Virus record (IMG/VR): IMGVR_UViG_3300049919_000106
Location: 1-47,464 of that record
Reading direction: 5' to 3' (one strand)
Source: a virus
Taxonomy: Duplodnaviria > Caudoviricetes
Length of the DNA stretch: 47,464 bases
Positions 1-10,015 of the stretch are shown piece by piece. Each line of letters begins with the position of its first letter. The stretch's first letter is position 1. Under the pieces are notes generated by a model that made no database searches, had not been told where the DNA came from, and saw nothing but the letters and a program-made list of their open reading frames with translations. Made by a program: the position numbers and the translations under genes.

Positions 1-303
1 GTATCTTCTTTTGGTGGTGGAGCTACTGACTTCGGTGCGGCTACTGCAAACAGTGCCAACCTTAATGTATTAAACAAAGCGGCCTTATTGATAAATGGTG
101 TTAATACCAAAACAGTAGTAAACGGTGATGCGGTTGTAGCTGATGCCACACGTACTGTTCCTACCGCTAACATAGCTTACAAAATGTGGGTAGATGGTTA
201 TGCTGGTGGGGTTAACAACGTCGCTGGCTACCATATTAGTGCGATTTACTTCTATCCGTCCGTAACCGCCTCAGACGCTCAATTACAAGCTAAAACTACC
301 TAA
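1..303 (+). CDS. C-terminal part of head-spike/receptor-binding fibre protein (5'-truncated by window)
   Basis: Frame open from base 1 to TAA at 301-303; ends ...IYFYPSVTASDAQLQAKTT, typical of ConA-like C-termini of phage spike fibres; probably the same gene that starts at 47259. Confidence 0.6.
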   Translation, partial: VSSFGGGATDFGAATANSANLNVLNKAALLINGVNTKTVVNGDAVVADATRTVPTANIAYKMWVDGYAGGVNNVAGYHISAIYFYPSVTASDAQLQAKTT

Positions 304-304
304 T

Positions 305-688
305 ATGCACGACTACTACCTTAGATGCCGACTTTCCGCTTTAACTAAGCTGATTGACCGTGGCAAAAGAATGGGCGTTATTGAGGAATTTGAAGGCACG
401 GTTGTACCAGTAGGAGCTGGAGCTTGGGATGTTATCGGTGTAGTTCCAGAACCTCTATTAGAGGGTGAACCCGAAGGAACGGTAAAACCCCCACGTGGTG
501 GAGCTACCGACCCCTGGTATCACATCAATTTCCGCACTGAACACAATCTAAGAGAGAAAGCGATTCATAAAGCCCAAGCTGGAGACACAGACATTGCAAA
601 AGGTTTAACCGAGATCGCCGCCTACTTTATTAGCGATGCTGAGGGGAACGCTATTGCCCCAGCCATACCAATGAGAGTTTGGCTATAA
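305..688 (+). CDS. hypothetical protein, possible fibre-associated/assembly protein
   Basis: 127 aa ORF directly after the fibre gene; MHDYYLR start and WYHINFR...PxRVW end resemble small fibre-partner proteins. Confidence 0.5.
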   Translation: MHDYYLRCRLSALTKLIDRGKRMGVIEEFEGTVVPVGAGAWDVIGVVPEPLLEGEPEGTVKPPRGGATDPWYHINFRTEHNLREKAIHKAQAGDTDIAKGLTEIAAYFISDAEGNAIAPAIPMRVWL

Positions 689-692
689 ATGT

Positions 693-1043
693 ATGAAGCC
701 GCTTTTTTGTGAACTTACACCAGAACAAAGGAAAACATTTGGTAATGGGTGCGGTGCTTCGGCTAAGTGGCTTCGGGTTCCTCAGTTCATCTTCTCCGCT
801 AGTTGTAGACAACATGATTTTAACTATTGCCGTGGTGGCGGCATTAAAGATAAAGTAAAAGCCGACTGGGACTTCTTTACTCACATGCTGGATGATTCAT
901 GGCGATGGTGGCACTACGTGGTGTCTGTCGTCTACTTTGTTGGTGTAATTCTTAATCCAATTTCTTGGATGATGTTTACCTATGGAGAGTACCGAACGAA
1001 CGAAGCTATCCTAGAGGAAGATATAAAAATAAATAACAAATAA
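693..1043 (+). CDS. phospholipase A2-like / DUF1353-like protein
   Basis: NGCG...SCRQHDFNY...ADWDF motif (CxxHDxxY plus downstream Asp) and hydrophobic C-terminal segment. Confidence 0.5.
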   Translation: MKPLFCELTPEQRKTFGNGCGASAKWLRVPQFIFSASCRQHDFNYCRGGGIKDKVKADWDFFTHMLDDSWRWWHYVVSVVYFVGVILNPISWMMFTYGEYRTNEAILEEDIKINNK

Positions 1044-1062
1044 TTAAAAATAACAATAGTAT

Positions 1063-1356
1063 ATGGAGTTTCTAAGTAAGATACCAACTGAGATAATTTA
1101 TGTTTCTGTAGCAGCAGCAGGTGGAATTGCTCGTTATCTACAGTTTTACCTTAAGGAAGGTTCTTTTGCATGGCAGCATTTTATTGCCCATGTGTTCGTA
1201 TCTTCTTTTTCAGGATATATGTTTTATCAGTTTGCTGTCAATGTACTTAGCTTTCCAGAAAACACTATTGCTATTTTTGCAGGACTTGGTGGATGGATGG
1301 GTGTAGAGGCACTAAAGATGGCAGAAGGAATTATAAAAAATAAACTAGGAAAATAA
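1063..1356 (+). CDS. holin (LydA-like)
   Basis: 97 aa, about 3 hydrophobic helices, GLGGWMG motif, basic C-terminus, overlaps endolysin start (TAATG). Confidence 0.8.
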   Translation: MEFLSKIPTEIIYVSVAAAGGIARYLQFYLKEGSFAWQHFIAHVFVSSFSGYMFYQFAVNVLSFPENTIAIFAGLGGWMGVEALKMAEGIIKNKLGK

Positions 1357-2354
1357 TGAACAAGTTTAAACTACTCATTGTTACTACTGACAAGAAAACT
1401 CTTGAATGGAAATCACTCAAGAGTAAACTTGCGTTAATAACTAATGGTTTAAACAAAACAGTCAATGCTTCGTGGGAAGTTGCTATTGAGTATAAAGATA
1501 TCAAACCAAAGATTATACTTGGTCGTATACCACATGATTGGTTCAACAACTTTGCGTATCCTCTTTTTAGGGAAGGTAATCACTTTATTTACCTACATTT
1601 CTCAACAGCACAGAGAAAAGCTCTAGGGTTAGATACAACAATAAATGGAGCAAACCAGAAAGATGCTGATTATGTAGGTGAATCTTACGGTTGGAGTGAT
1701 GAGAGAACAAGAAGACAAGGACAAAATATGTTTGTTCAGAATATTCTCCATGAGATGAGTCATGAACTTGCTCGGTCAACAAACTCTATAGATAATACTC
1801 ATCCATATCATAGTAAAAATACTGACATATCTGGTCTGTTTTCCTCTTATAATATGGATTTATGGCAACCACGATACAAAGCTCAACTTAAGGAATTAAA
1901 CCTCGCTATGGAGCGTTTAGAGGCACTACAAGACACTCTAGCACGTTCAATCCCTGCATTGCAACCTATCGTTGCTCGAAAGGCAGATCTGATTGTTACA
2001 GATATGGAAAAACTAGGTCAGCCAGTAAGGGTTGTAGAGGGTTACAGAAGCCTAGAAAAACAGGCACAACTCTATGCCCAGGGTCGTACAACCCCAGGTT
2101 CCATTGTTACTAATGCTAAGCCTGGAGAGAGCTTCCATAACTATGGTGTTGCTGTAGACTTTGTGTTTAGGAAAGAAGGCTATAATGCCACACAAGCTCA
2201 ATGGGAAATGCTAGGAAAGGTAGGAGAGAAGCATGGCTTTGAATGGGGTGGAAGATGGATAGGTTTTGTAGATAGGCCACACTTTGAAATGAAGCTAGGC
2301 TATACCCTAAAAGATTACCAGCAAAACAAAGTTGACTATACAAAATTTAATTAA
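1356..2354 (+). CDS. endolysin: N-terminal HExxH metallopeptidase-like domain + C-terminal M15C L-Ala-D-Glu peptidase
   Basis: ILHEMSHEL; EGYRS...QAQLYAQGRT...SFHNYGVAVD...EWGGRW...DRPHFE (Ply500/CwlK-type motifs). Confidence 0.85.
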   Translation: MNKFKLLIVTTDKKTLEWKSLKSKLALITNGLNKTVNASWEVAIEYKDIKPKIILGRIPHDWFNNFAYPLFREGNHFIYLHFSTAQRKALGLDTTINGANQKDADYVGESYGWSDERTRRQGQNMFVQNILHEMSHELARSTNSIDNTHPYHSKNTDISGLFSSYNMDLWQPRYKAQLKELNLAMERLEALQDTLARSIPALQPIVARKADLIVTDMEKLGQPVRVVEGYRSLEKQAQLYAQGRTTPGSIVTNAKPGESFHNYGVAVDFVFRKEGYNATQAQWEMLGKVGEKHGFEWGGRWIGFVDRPHFEMKLGYTLKDYQQNKVDYTKFN

Positions 2355-2359
2355 CGTGT

Positions 2360-2365
2360 TATAAT
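2360..2365 (+). promoter_or_regulatory. extended -10 promoter (TG-t-TATAAT), leaderless transcript
   Basis: TATAAT at 2360-2365 preceded by TG; ATG at 2372 is 7 nt downstream. Confidence 0.55.
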
Positions 2366-2371
2366 AACGAT

Positions 2372-2902
2372 ATGGCAAAACTAAGTACAAAAACAGCTCT
2401 AACTACAGTCGCTTCTGGTGACTATATGTATATTGTAGATCTTAGCGATCTTACTGACGGAGCAGATGGAACATCAAAAAAGATCACTATTACTAATCTT
2501 ATGACTAAGACCAATGTTGGGCTTGGTAATGTGGATAATACTAGTGATGCAACTAAGAACTCTGCCACAGCTACTCTAACTAATAAAAGACTGACTCGCC
2601 GTGTAACTACGGAAGTATCTTCTGCCACCCCGACAATTAATACCAATAACTGCGATGTACACCGAATTACTGCACTTGCCTCAAACATTACTAGTTTTAC
2701 GACAAACCTTTCTGGAACTCCTACGCTCTGGGATATTCTCATTATTGAGATTATACCGACAGCTACTCGTACAATCGCCTGGGGTGCTTCATTCTCAAAT
2801 GGAGGTATTATTGACTTGCCACTAACAACTGTTGGTACAGCCCCACTTAAGGTTCTAGTTCAATGGAACGGAGCAACATGGACTTGTATTGGTTTAGCTT
2901 AA
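2372..2902 (+). CDS. tail/fibre-associated virion protein
   Basis: Thr-rich 176 aa; N-terminal KLS...IVD...TSKKIT motif and LGNVDNTSD motif common in fibre proteins. Confidence 0.6.
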   Translation: MAKLSTKTALTTVASGDYMYIVDLSDLTDGADGTSKKITITNLMTKTNVGLGNVDNTSDATKNSATATLTNKRLTRRVTTEVSSATPTINTNNCDVHRITALASNITSFTTNLSGTPTLWDILIIEIIPTATRTIAWGASFSNGGIIDLPLTTVGTAPLKVLVQWNGATWTCIGLA

Positions 2903-2908
2903 AGTAAT

Positions 2909-3718
2909 ATGCAACCATTAGACATTCTAGTAGTCGCAGGAGGAGGTGGAGGAGGTAAGGGGAATGACTCTGGTTCTCGCCAAGGAGGAGCTGGTGGAGC
3001 AGGAGGAGTTCTTGAATCATTGTCAAATATTATTGATGATGGTGCTTATACTATAACAGTTGGTCTTGGTGGAAATGGTGGAGCTGGAGCAGGAGCTTCA
3101 ACTGTTAATGGTGTGAATGGACAGAATTCATCTTTTGGTTCTCTTGTTATAGCCACTGGTGGTGGTGGAGGTGTAGGAGATTCTGTCGGTTTAGCTGGAG
3201 GATCAGGGGGAGGAGGATCTTCAGGAGCAGGAGGTGCTGGTACAGCCCTTCAAGGCTTTGCTGGAGGATCAGGGGCAGCTAGTAATGGAGGAGGAGGTGG
3301 TGGTGGAGCTGGTGCTATAGGCAGTAATAACTCTGGTGGTACTGGCGGAGGTGGTGGTGTTGGTAAGCTATCTGCAATAACAGGTACTTATTTTGGTGGT
3401 GGTGGTGGTGGGTGTTCTAATAATGCTACTCTGGCTTCAGGTGGAAATGGAGGTGGAGGATCAGGAAAGACAACAGCAGTCAATCCTGTTTCTGGTACAG
3501 TTAATACTGGTGGTGGTGGTGGTGGTTCAAATGTTGCAGTAACCGCTGGATCAGGAGGATCAGGACAAATTGTTATTCGTTACAAAACAACTCAATACTA
3601 TCCATCAATAGGTGGTACAATAACTACTTCTGGTATATATACTTACCACACATTCACAACTAGTGGTACTTTTACCCTAAAGTCTGCAGCTAAAAATGGT
3701 TTCTTTATATTAGTATAA
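2909..3718 (+). CDS. glycine-rich virion protein
   Basis: ILVVAGGGGGG...GSGGSGQIVIRY...YTYHTFTTSGTF glycine-rich domain. Confidence 0.75.
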   Translation: MQPLDILVVAGGGGGGKGNDSGSRQGGAGGAGGVLESLSNIIDDGAYTITVGLGGNGGAGAGASTVNGVNGQNSSFGSLVIATGGGGGVGDSVGLAGGSGGGGSSGAGGAGTALQGFAGGSGAASNGGGGGGGAGAIGSNNSGGTGGGGGVGKLSAITGTYFGGGGGGCSNNATLASGGNGGGGSGKTTAVNPVSGTVNTGGGGGGSNVAVTAGSGGSGQIVIRYKTTQYYPSIGGTITTSGIYTYHTFTTSGTFTLKSAAKNGFFILV

Positions 3719-4482
3719 TGGATAACTCAGAATACAGAACTGGATATGCCACTCAAAGTCAAGACAGCGAAAATGCTGTCGATTTTGCTGATCTAAAAAC
3801 ACAACTAGAAGACCTAAAACGAGAGTTATCTGATATCAAACAGTTTAGAGATGATATAAAATATAATAATGGATTAGATAATAATGATATTAAGATTGAT
3901 TCTGGGCGAAAATTTATTACTGGGCCAGCCCTATTTAGTGGGAATGTTTTTGATGGAGCTACTTCTGCCGTTATCTCAACAAGTAAGGATAAATCAATTA
4001 CTGATGGAGTAGACAATTCACAATTAACAATAGTTAGACTTGATACAGGTAACTCAGTTGTATATTCATTAGGAGGAAAAGTAATAATAGGTGATGATGC
4101 TTCATACTCTGTAGGAGGTAGTAGAATAGTCTCAGATAAGTTCAATCTTGTAGAAGAAGATAGCTTAATAGGACAATATATTACCATCCAACAAGATGAT
4201 GATTCATTACTTAATCTAGCTATTTCAGCAAATAAAGGAAATTATGTAACAGTTTCTACACTAATAAGTAGCTCTACAAAATCATCTTATGTTGTTTATA
4301 AACCTGTATTCCTAGGAGGTGAAGAATATCCTTGGCAGAGACTTTACTTACATGGTGGTCTACTAGGTGGTGTACAATTCGGTGGAGGTTCTAACGGTAA
4401 TGGTGCTAATGGTCTATTATATGCTAGTGGAAATGCCCTCTATTATAGAAACCCAGTAGGTACTATTACACAACTAAATTAA
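3718..4482 (+). CDS. putative tail protein
   Basis: 254 aa with N-terminal coiled coil, in structural operon. Confidence 0.45.
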   Translation: MDNSEYRTGYATQSQDSENAVDFADLKTQLEDLKRELSDIKQFRDDIKYNNGLDNNDIKIDSGRKFITGPALFSGNVFDGATSAVISTSKDKSITDGVDNSQLTIVRLDTGNSVVYSLGGKVIIGDDASYSVGGSRIVSDKFNLVEEDSLIGQYITIQQDDDSLLNLAISANKGNYVTVSTLISSSTKSSYVVYKPVFLGGEEYPWQRLYLHGGLLGGVQFGGGSNGNGANGLLYASGNALYYRNPVGTITQLN

Positions 4483-4486
4483 ACTT

Positions 4487-7400
4487 ATGGCAAAAATTAT
4501 TTACGATCTCTCAGGAAACAGTGGTTTAGTTGAGAAATACCAAGGTGATATTGATGGTGTTTCAACACCAAACATCCGTTATCAGGGTAATGGAGGACAA
4601 CTAGCAGAAGGTATTATTAATCCGCTTAAGCGTACTGGTTTTACTAGTGCGGCAAACACTAATTTTGAAAGATTAGTAGACGGCTTAATGATAGGTTCTT
4701 TTGTTTATGATACAGATAATGATGACATCTATGCTGCTGAGATAGGAACAAAGATCTACAAATTGGATGGATCAGATGATCTATCCTACACTACGATACT
4801 AGATACAACTAGCTCTTATGAGATTAGTGATATGGATCTTTATGAAGTTAATGGAATTAAGTCACTAGTATACTCAGCTAACTATAAAGAATCTACAAAA
4901 AGTTATCAACTAGGTTCTACAGCCACAGACAAATATGATTACTGGAGACTAACAGATGGAACACAATCATTCTCACCAGGTACAACTGGATATGGAAATG
5001 GATATTTTGTATCAGGAGGAACAGGTCAGTCAACTTTATTGGTATCTCAAGATGGTAATTCGTGGTCAAGTGTGTCTGGAGTATCTGGACAAACAACAGT
5101 TGGTTTTATTGGATATTTAAATGATAGATGGATTTCGGCGGCTACTGCTGGAACTAATCGTATTGGGTACTCTTATGACCTATCAACATTTTCATCAGTA
5201 ACAACTGGAGATACACAACTTTGGCAAGGAGGAGCTTACGGAAATAGTACTTATGTTCTCGTTGGTGCAGTAGGAGGAGCAAAAAACGTAGCATATTCTA
5301 CTAATGGTATCACTTGGACAACTATACTAATTGGTGCTATTAGCTTTAGAAGTGTATCTTTTGGGGCTGGCTTATTTGTTGGTGTAGGAGATACTGGAGC
5401 AATTTATACTTCCCCTGACGGTATCACTTGGACAGTTAGGGTATCACCAGCAGTAAATAACTGGACTTCTGTTACTTATGGTAATGGGTTGTTTGTAACT
5501 GTAAGTTCAGGAGGAACTGGTAGAGCGATATACTCAAGTGATGGAATTACATGGACTGCATCAACTTCAATGGATGCTGATGCACCGTTGCAAGTTGCAT
5601 ATGGTGATGGATATTTTCTAAGTGTATGTAGTGGTGCTGTAATATATAAAAGTACTGATGGTATCACTTGGACTAAATTAATTATTTCTAATCTAACAAT
5701 GAGTGGAAGGACCATAGCTTATGGTAATGGTTTCTTTCTTGTGACAGAGTTTGGTGATAACGATATCAATCAGACATTTACATCCACTATAGAAGTTGAA
5801 ATCGAATCTACTACTAAGAATAAGGCTACTCTTGGATTTATATCATTAGATGAAGATAAAGGTATATATGTAGCTAGTAGTCAAGCTAAAAAAGTGTACC
5901 CAACTACTTACAATACACAGACTATTGAATGGAATAGTGCTCAAACTATAACAAGTGTAAACCAAAGACTCGGACAAAGGGTAAATAAAGTCAATATAAT
6001 AGACAGTAAAATAGAGAAGATCCGTATAGGTTTAATTTCTGAAGTAGATGAAGACACTGTTGTAAAAGTTTCAGTCCATGATGCAACTGTACCATACACA
6101 GGTAATGTCTATAGTACCACTTTTACTATATCATCAACAGATAATCTGGTTTACAAAGAATACTATTTAGACTTTGGTACTCTTCCAGAACTTGCAAACT
6201 ATAACTATGCTTGCTTAACTATTGAGCTTTATGATATAACCCAGACTACTCTTGATGGAGAAATTAAGTGGGTTAGCACACCTATCAATAGTTCACTTCA
6301 TGAAGGAGCAATCCTATATAATGGTACAGCGTGGTCAGTAAATACTCAGTCATTTAGTTTTGACTTCTCTGTTATTAAATCTGAACTTAAAAATTGGACA
6401 TCAAAGTACATTACTAACGCCTTCCAAATAGATCTTACTACAGATATTAACTTTATACGAAAGGCTGATAACGGATTCCTATACTGGTTTACAGATAACC
6501 TAGTACATTCAGTAGATGGTGGAGTAAGTGGTGGTTCACTTGGTATTCTAAGAAAGAACCTATTACTTTTTCCTGCTTATCTACGGATCACTGATGCTGT
6601 AGATGCACGCAGTAGAATGTTTATCGCCCTACAGAGCACTACAAGAGATCAAGAGGCCCTTGCAGCCTCAGCTAACATCATTGGCGTGTATATCTGGGAT
6701 AGACTATCTTCGGTAACAAACTTCCGAGATTTCATTGCAATCCCTGGGATCAAGGAGATTAAGTCATTGTTCATTGATTCAACAGGAACAGTAAATGCTA
6801 TCTGTATAGGTAATGATAAGTTCGTACAACTACGTCAGTATACTGGTAATGAGTTTAAGTTAATCAAGACACTAGGTACTCAGGCCTATCCAACTTCACA
6901 AAGAGGAATAAACAGTATCAATAATGTTTCCTATTGGTTCGGACAAGATGGAATACTCTATCTCTATGGTTCAGTAATGCCAGGTGGTGATAAGGAACTA
7001 TACAAGTTTGCTTCTCTAGGCACAGACATTACTACCACTGGAGCTGTAATGACGGCTGATAATTCTACTGGGCTAGGTAATATAAAGATACTTGCTTCAT
7101 ACAAGACTGCTCTTGAGGAAGGTATTAAATTCTTCTCGCCCTACGGAACAGACTACAATACTGGAAATAGTTTCTATACACAAATTAAGATACTACCTAG
7201 TCTATCTACCATAAAGAATATCAGGGTACTACATCTCAAAGATCTACGTACTGTACTTGATGAGTCACTACAGTTTGAAGACGGAGTGGTATTTGATTTC
7301 CAAGATGGTCTTCCAATTACTACATTCTCATTCTCTCAAGATGAAATTGTGGCAGAGTTATCGTGCTTTATCAACATGAACTCTACTGCTGAGTGGACAA

Positions 7401-7579
7401 GAAACATAACCTTACTAGATCTACAGAGAGGATACATTGAAAAAGAGTACAATAAAAATAACGTAAACTCAATTCAATTCAAAGTAACCTGGCTCAATAA
7501 GGCATACAGTCTTGGAGATTTTATGCCAATGTACATTGAAGTTAATACTGCAGAAGAACAAAGACCAGTAAGTAAATAA
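4487..7579 (+). CDS. large tail (nozzle/stabilisation-like) protein with inserted beta-propeller repeats
   Basis: 1030 aa; repeated xYGNGxFVxV...YSxDGITWT (BNR/Asp-box-like) units at about aa 165-425. Confidence 0.65.
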   Translation: MAKIIYDLSGNSGLVEKYQGDIDGVSTPNIRYQGNGGQLAEGIINPLKRTGFTSAANTNFERLVDGLMIGSFVYDTDNDDIYAAEIGTKIYKLDGSDDLSYTTILDTTSSYEISDMDLYEVNGIKSLVYSANYKESTKSYQLGSTATDKYDYWRLTDGTQSFSPGTTGYGNGYFVSGGTGQSTLLVSQDGNSWSSVSGVSGQTTVGFIGYLNDRWISAATAGTNRIGYSYDLSTFSSVTTGDTQLWQGGAYGNSTYVLVGAVGGAKNVAYSTNGITWTTILIGAISFRSVSFGAGLFVGVGDTGAIYTSPDGITWTVRVSPAVNNWTSVTYGNGLFVTVSSGGTGRAIYSSDGITWTASTSMDADAPLQVAYGDGYFLSVCSGAVIYKSTDGITWTKLIISNLTMSGRTIAYGNGFFLVTEFGDNDINQTFTSTIEVEIESTTKNKATLGFISLDEDKGIYVASSQAKKVYPTTYNTQTIEWNSAQTITSVNQRLGQRVNKVNIIDSKIEKIRIGLISEVDEDTVVKVSVHDATVPYTGNVYSTTFTISSTDNLVYKEYYLDFGTLPELANYNYACLTIELYDITQTTLDGEIKWVSTPINSSLHEGAILYNGTAWSVNTQSFSFDFSVIKSELKNWTSKYITNAFQIDLTTDINFIRKADNGFLYWFTDNLVHSVDGGVSGGSLGILRKNLLLFPAYLRITDAVDARSRMFIALQSTTRDQEALAASANIIGVYIWDRLSSVTNFRDFIAIPGIKEIKSLFIDSTGTVNAICIGNDKFVQLRQYTGNEFKLIKTLGTQAYPTSQRGINSINNVSYWFGQDGILYLYGSVMPGGDKELYKFASLGTDITTTGAVMTADNSTGLGNIKILASYKTALEEGIKFFSPYGTDYNTGNSFYTQIKILPSLSTIKNIRVLHLKDLRTVLDESLQFEDGVVFDFQDGLPITTFSFSQDEIVAELSCFINMNSTAEWTRNITLLDLQRGYIEKEYNKNNVNSIQFKVTWLNKAYSLGDFMPMYIEVNTAEEQRPVSK

Positions 7580-7580
7580 C

Positions 7581-7609
7581 TGGACAAAAGCCAAAATAAA
7601 TAGTATAAT
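7581..7609 (+). promoter_or_regulatory. sigma70-type promoter
   Basis: TGGACA-17nt-TATAAT; ATG at 7618. Confidence 0.6.
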
Positions 7610-7617
7610 ATACACCT

Positions 7618-8862
7618 ATGAGTATAACAGTTGATTCATTACTACAAAATCTGAACACCTATTTTGGTGACAGTACCGAAGATAGAGTTACCGACATACA
7701 AAGATACCAGGCACTCACTGAGTCAACAGCATGGTTGCTGGAGGAATTAGGAAATGAGCACATGGTAGAGTCAGTTGACATTGACTACTATGATACTCTA
7801 CATACATATAAAGTAACTGGTATCTTACCAGATTTACTTGTAGGTGCTGATCTACGAAGACAAGAAGGTTTACATAGCCGAGCTTTTTCTCGTAAGTCTC
7901 CTCGTGAGCTTGCAGAGGAACTAGGGCAAGCAACAACAGATCCTTCATGGGCTACAGAGCGTATTGATGGTGATCTATTCATGATGATTAACTACCCGTC
8001 AACCAACACAGCACAGATCGTAGATGATTGTGACTCTGTTACTGGATGGACAGCATATACTTCTGGTTCAGATGCTCTTAATGTACAACTAAGTACCAAT
8101 GAGTTTAAACAAGGTTCGGCATCTATATCTTTTGATGTAGATGTATCCCAATCAGTTAGTAACTTTGCTACAGTGTATAAGAGTTATTCCTCTCTTAACC
8201 TAGAGAACCATGAAGATCTGTCAGGTTTCTTACTAGATTTAGATATTCCAGATGTAACTTATGTATCTTCTATCACTTTGTATTGGGGGTCTGGTTCATC
8301 TCTTACGCCAGCTACTCGGGCCAACTACTGGTCACGAACAGTAACAACAGATCTAAATGGATCACCACTTGTAACTGGATGGAATCAACTACTATTTGAT
8401 TGGCAACTTGCCACAGCTACAGGAACACCTGATGCTACAGCAGTAACATATTTTGAAGTAAGAGTCACATACACAGCTTCACAACCAGATGATACTAACT
8501 TCCGACTAGATTACCTTCGTGTATCAAAGCCAGAAAGACTTACATTTAATTATGTATCTTGGAATGTTGGTGAAGTATCTACTGGTGATGCAACTAAAAT
8601 CAGCGCATTTACTACAACTACTAATGTACCATTCTTCTCTGGATCTTATGACCAGTACCGTTATCCAGTAGCTCATAAGGCTGCCTCAATTCTTTTCTAT
8701 TCAGTTAGACTAGGAACAGAAGCAGAGAGAGAGGAAGTAATGGGTCAAAGAAGTCTTGCAAGATTACGTAAGAACTTTGAATCATCTAAGACTAAGGAAA
8801 GTAGATCATGGAAAATTGCAGGTGTTAATCTTAGAAGGAGAAGTAAATTACGTAGATATTAA
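7618..8862 (+). CDS. putative head-tail adaptor with inserted beta-sandwich (CBM-like) domain
   Basis: Helical termini, central beta-rich segment (GWNQLLFDW...YFEVRV...FRLDYLR), basic tail; position between nozzle and ejection genes. Confidence 0.5.
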   Translation: MSITVDSLLQNLNTYFGDSTEDRVTDIQRYQALTESTAWLLEELGNEHMVESVDIDYYDTLHTYKVTGILPDLLVGADLRRQEGLHSRAFSRKSPRELAEELGQATTDPSWATERIDGDLFMMINYPSTNTAQIVDDCDSVTGWTAYTSGSDALNVQLSTNEFKQGSASISFDVDVSQSVSNFATVYKSYSSLNLENHEDLSGFLLDLDIPDVTYVSSITLYWGSGSSLTPATRANYWSRTVTTDLNGSPLVTGWNQLLFDWQLATATGTPDATAVTYFEVRVTYTASQPDDTNFRLDYLRVSKPERLTFNYVSWNVGEVSTGDATKISAFTTTTNVPFFSGSYDQYRYPVAHKAASILFYSVRLGTEAEREEVMGQRSLARLRKNFESSKTKESRSWKIAGVNLRRRSKLRRY

Positions 8863-8867
8863 TTATT

Positions 8868-10013
8868 ATGGACAACAATAACCCAGTATTAGGAGAGATT
8901 GAGAAACGATTACTAGAAGGATCTAGTGCTATCTCATCAGAGACAGGTGCTCTTGAGAAGACTATTAGTGACTCTATCTCTTCTGTTAAGCAGGGCCAGG
9001 CAGCTACTGAGTCACGCATTACTTCTGATTTCAAGTCAGAACGTAATTACCTAACAAACCAAGGAGAAGCTTCAGCTACTACAGCACTAGAAGGAAGACA
9101 AGGTTTTGGTACACAACTCGCAGCTATGCGTATGCTTACTGAGACTACTGATAAGACTCTACGAGATCTTGATGTACGAAAACAAGATGCACTTCTAGCT
9201 AATGATTCTGCTGCTGCACAACGTATCTCTGATCTTCAACTTAAGGAGTATGAGTACAGACAGAAGGCAAAGCAGGATATGTTTAATAACCTCATCTCTG
9301 TTGGTAACTACTCACTCAATAAATCTACATTTGAAGCTGGTCGTGAAGAAGAGGCCAAGAGATTTGGTCTTGCTAAGCGTGCCCAGAAATTTACAGAGAC
9401 ACAAGGAGAAAGAACAATGTCACTTGCTGAACGAGCACAAGACTTTGGTGAATCAGAAGCAATGGCTAATATTGCTCTTGAATACGGAGTAACTCTACAA
9501 GAAGGAGACACACTAGATACCGTAGCTGCTAAGGCTGCGCCATTTGCTAGTGAGAAACAAAAGCTAAGCCTTGAACAAATCCGAGCAGAGATTAGTGCTG
9601 CTAAGGCTACTACAGCTCGTGCGATGCAACAGATTAAGATGGATGACCAAGAGTTCAGTGATGCTGAAAGATTATCTATCGCTGCTGGTGTACGTAAAGG
9701 AACTATAGACATCACTAAGATGCCTGTACTTGAACAAGCAAAGATACATGAAGTTGGTAAGCAACTATCTGAGGAAGCTTTTGGTAAGTTACTTGGTGTT
9801 GCGAAGGCAAGTAAGTTTGATAGTATGGAAGAACTACAAGCTGAAGCTACAAGACAAGGACTTGACTTTACACAGTCAGAACTAGCAGATGCCTTCTTCT
9901 CTGAGGGTGCTGATGTACCTGCACGACCTGGAATACTACAACGAGGTAGACAGAATGATATTAACAGAGCTTTAAAGGAAGCAGAGAAGGCTGGTAAAAC
10001 AGTAATGTCATAA
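8868..10013 (+). CDS. putative ejection (internal virion) protein
   Basis: 381 aa Ala/Gln/Glu-rich helical protein upstream of a very large ORF. Confidence 0.55.
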   Translation: MDNNNPVLGEIEKRLLEGSSAISSETGALEKTISDSISSVKQGQAATESRITSDFKSERNYLTNQGEASATTALEGRQGFGTQLAAMRMLTETTDKTLRDLDVRKQDALLANDSAAAQRISDLQLKEYEYRQKAKQDMFNNLISVGNYSLNKSTFEAGREEEAKRFGLAKRAQKFTETQGERTMSLAERAQDFGESEAMANIALEYGVTLQEGDTLDTVAAKAAPFASEKQKLSLEQIRAEISAAKATTARAMQQIKMDDQEFSDAERLSIAAGVRKGTIDITKMPVLEQAKIHEVGKQLSEEAFGKLLGVAKASKFDSMEELQAEATRQGLDFTQSELADAFFSEGADVPARPGILQRGRQNDINRALKEAEKAGKTVMS

Positions 10014-10015
10014 AT

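Noticed and set aside
1-303. Possible diversity-generating retroelement target (AAC-rich fibre C-terminus)
   Set aside because: No reverse transcriptase and no template repeat found in the window
2909-3718. GGT/GGA tandem repeats as a repeat array or CRISPR
   Set aside because: Simply glycine codons of a glycine-rich protein; no repeat-spacer periodicity anywhere in the window
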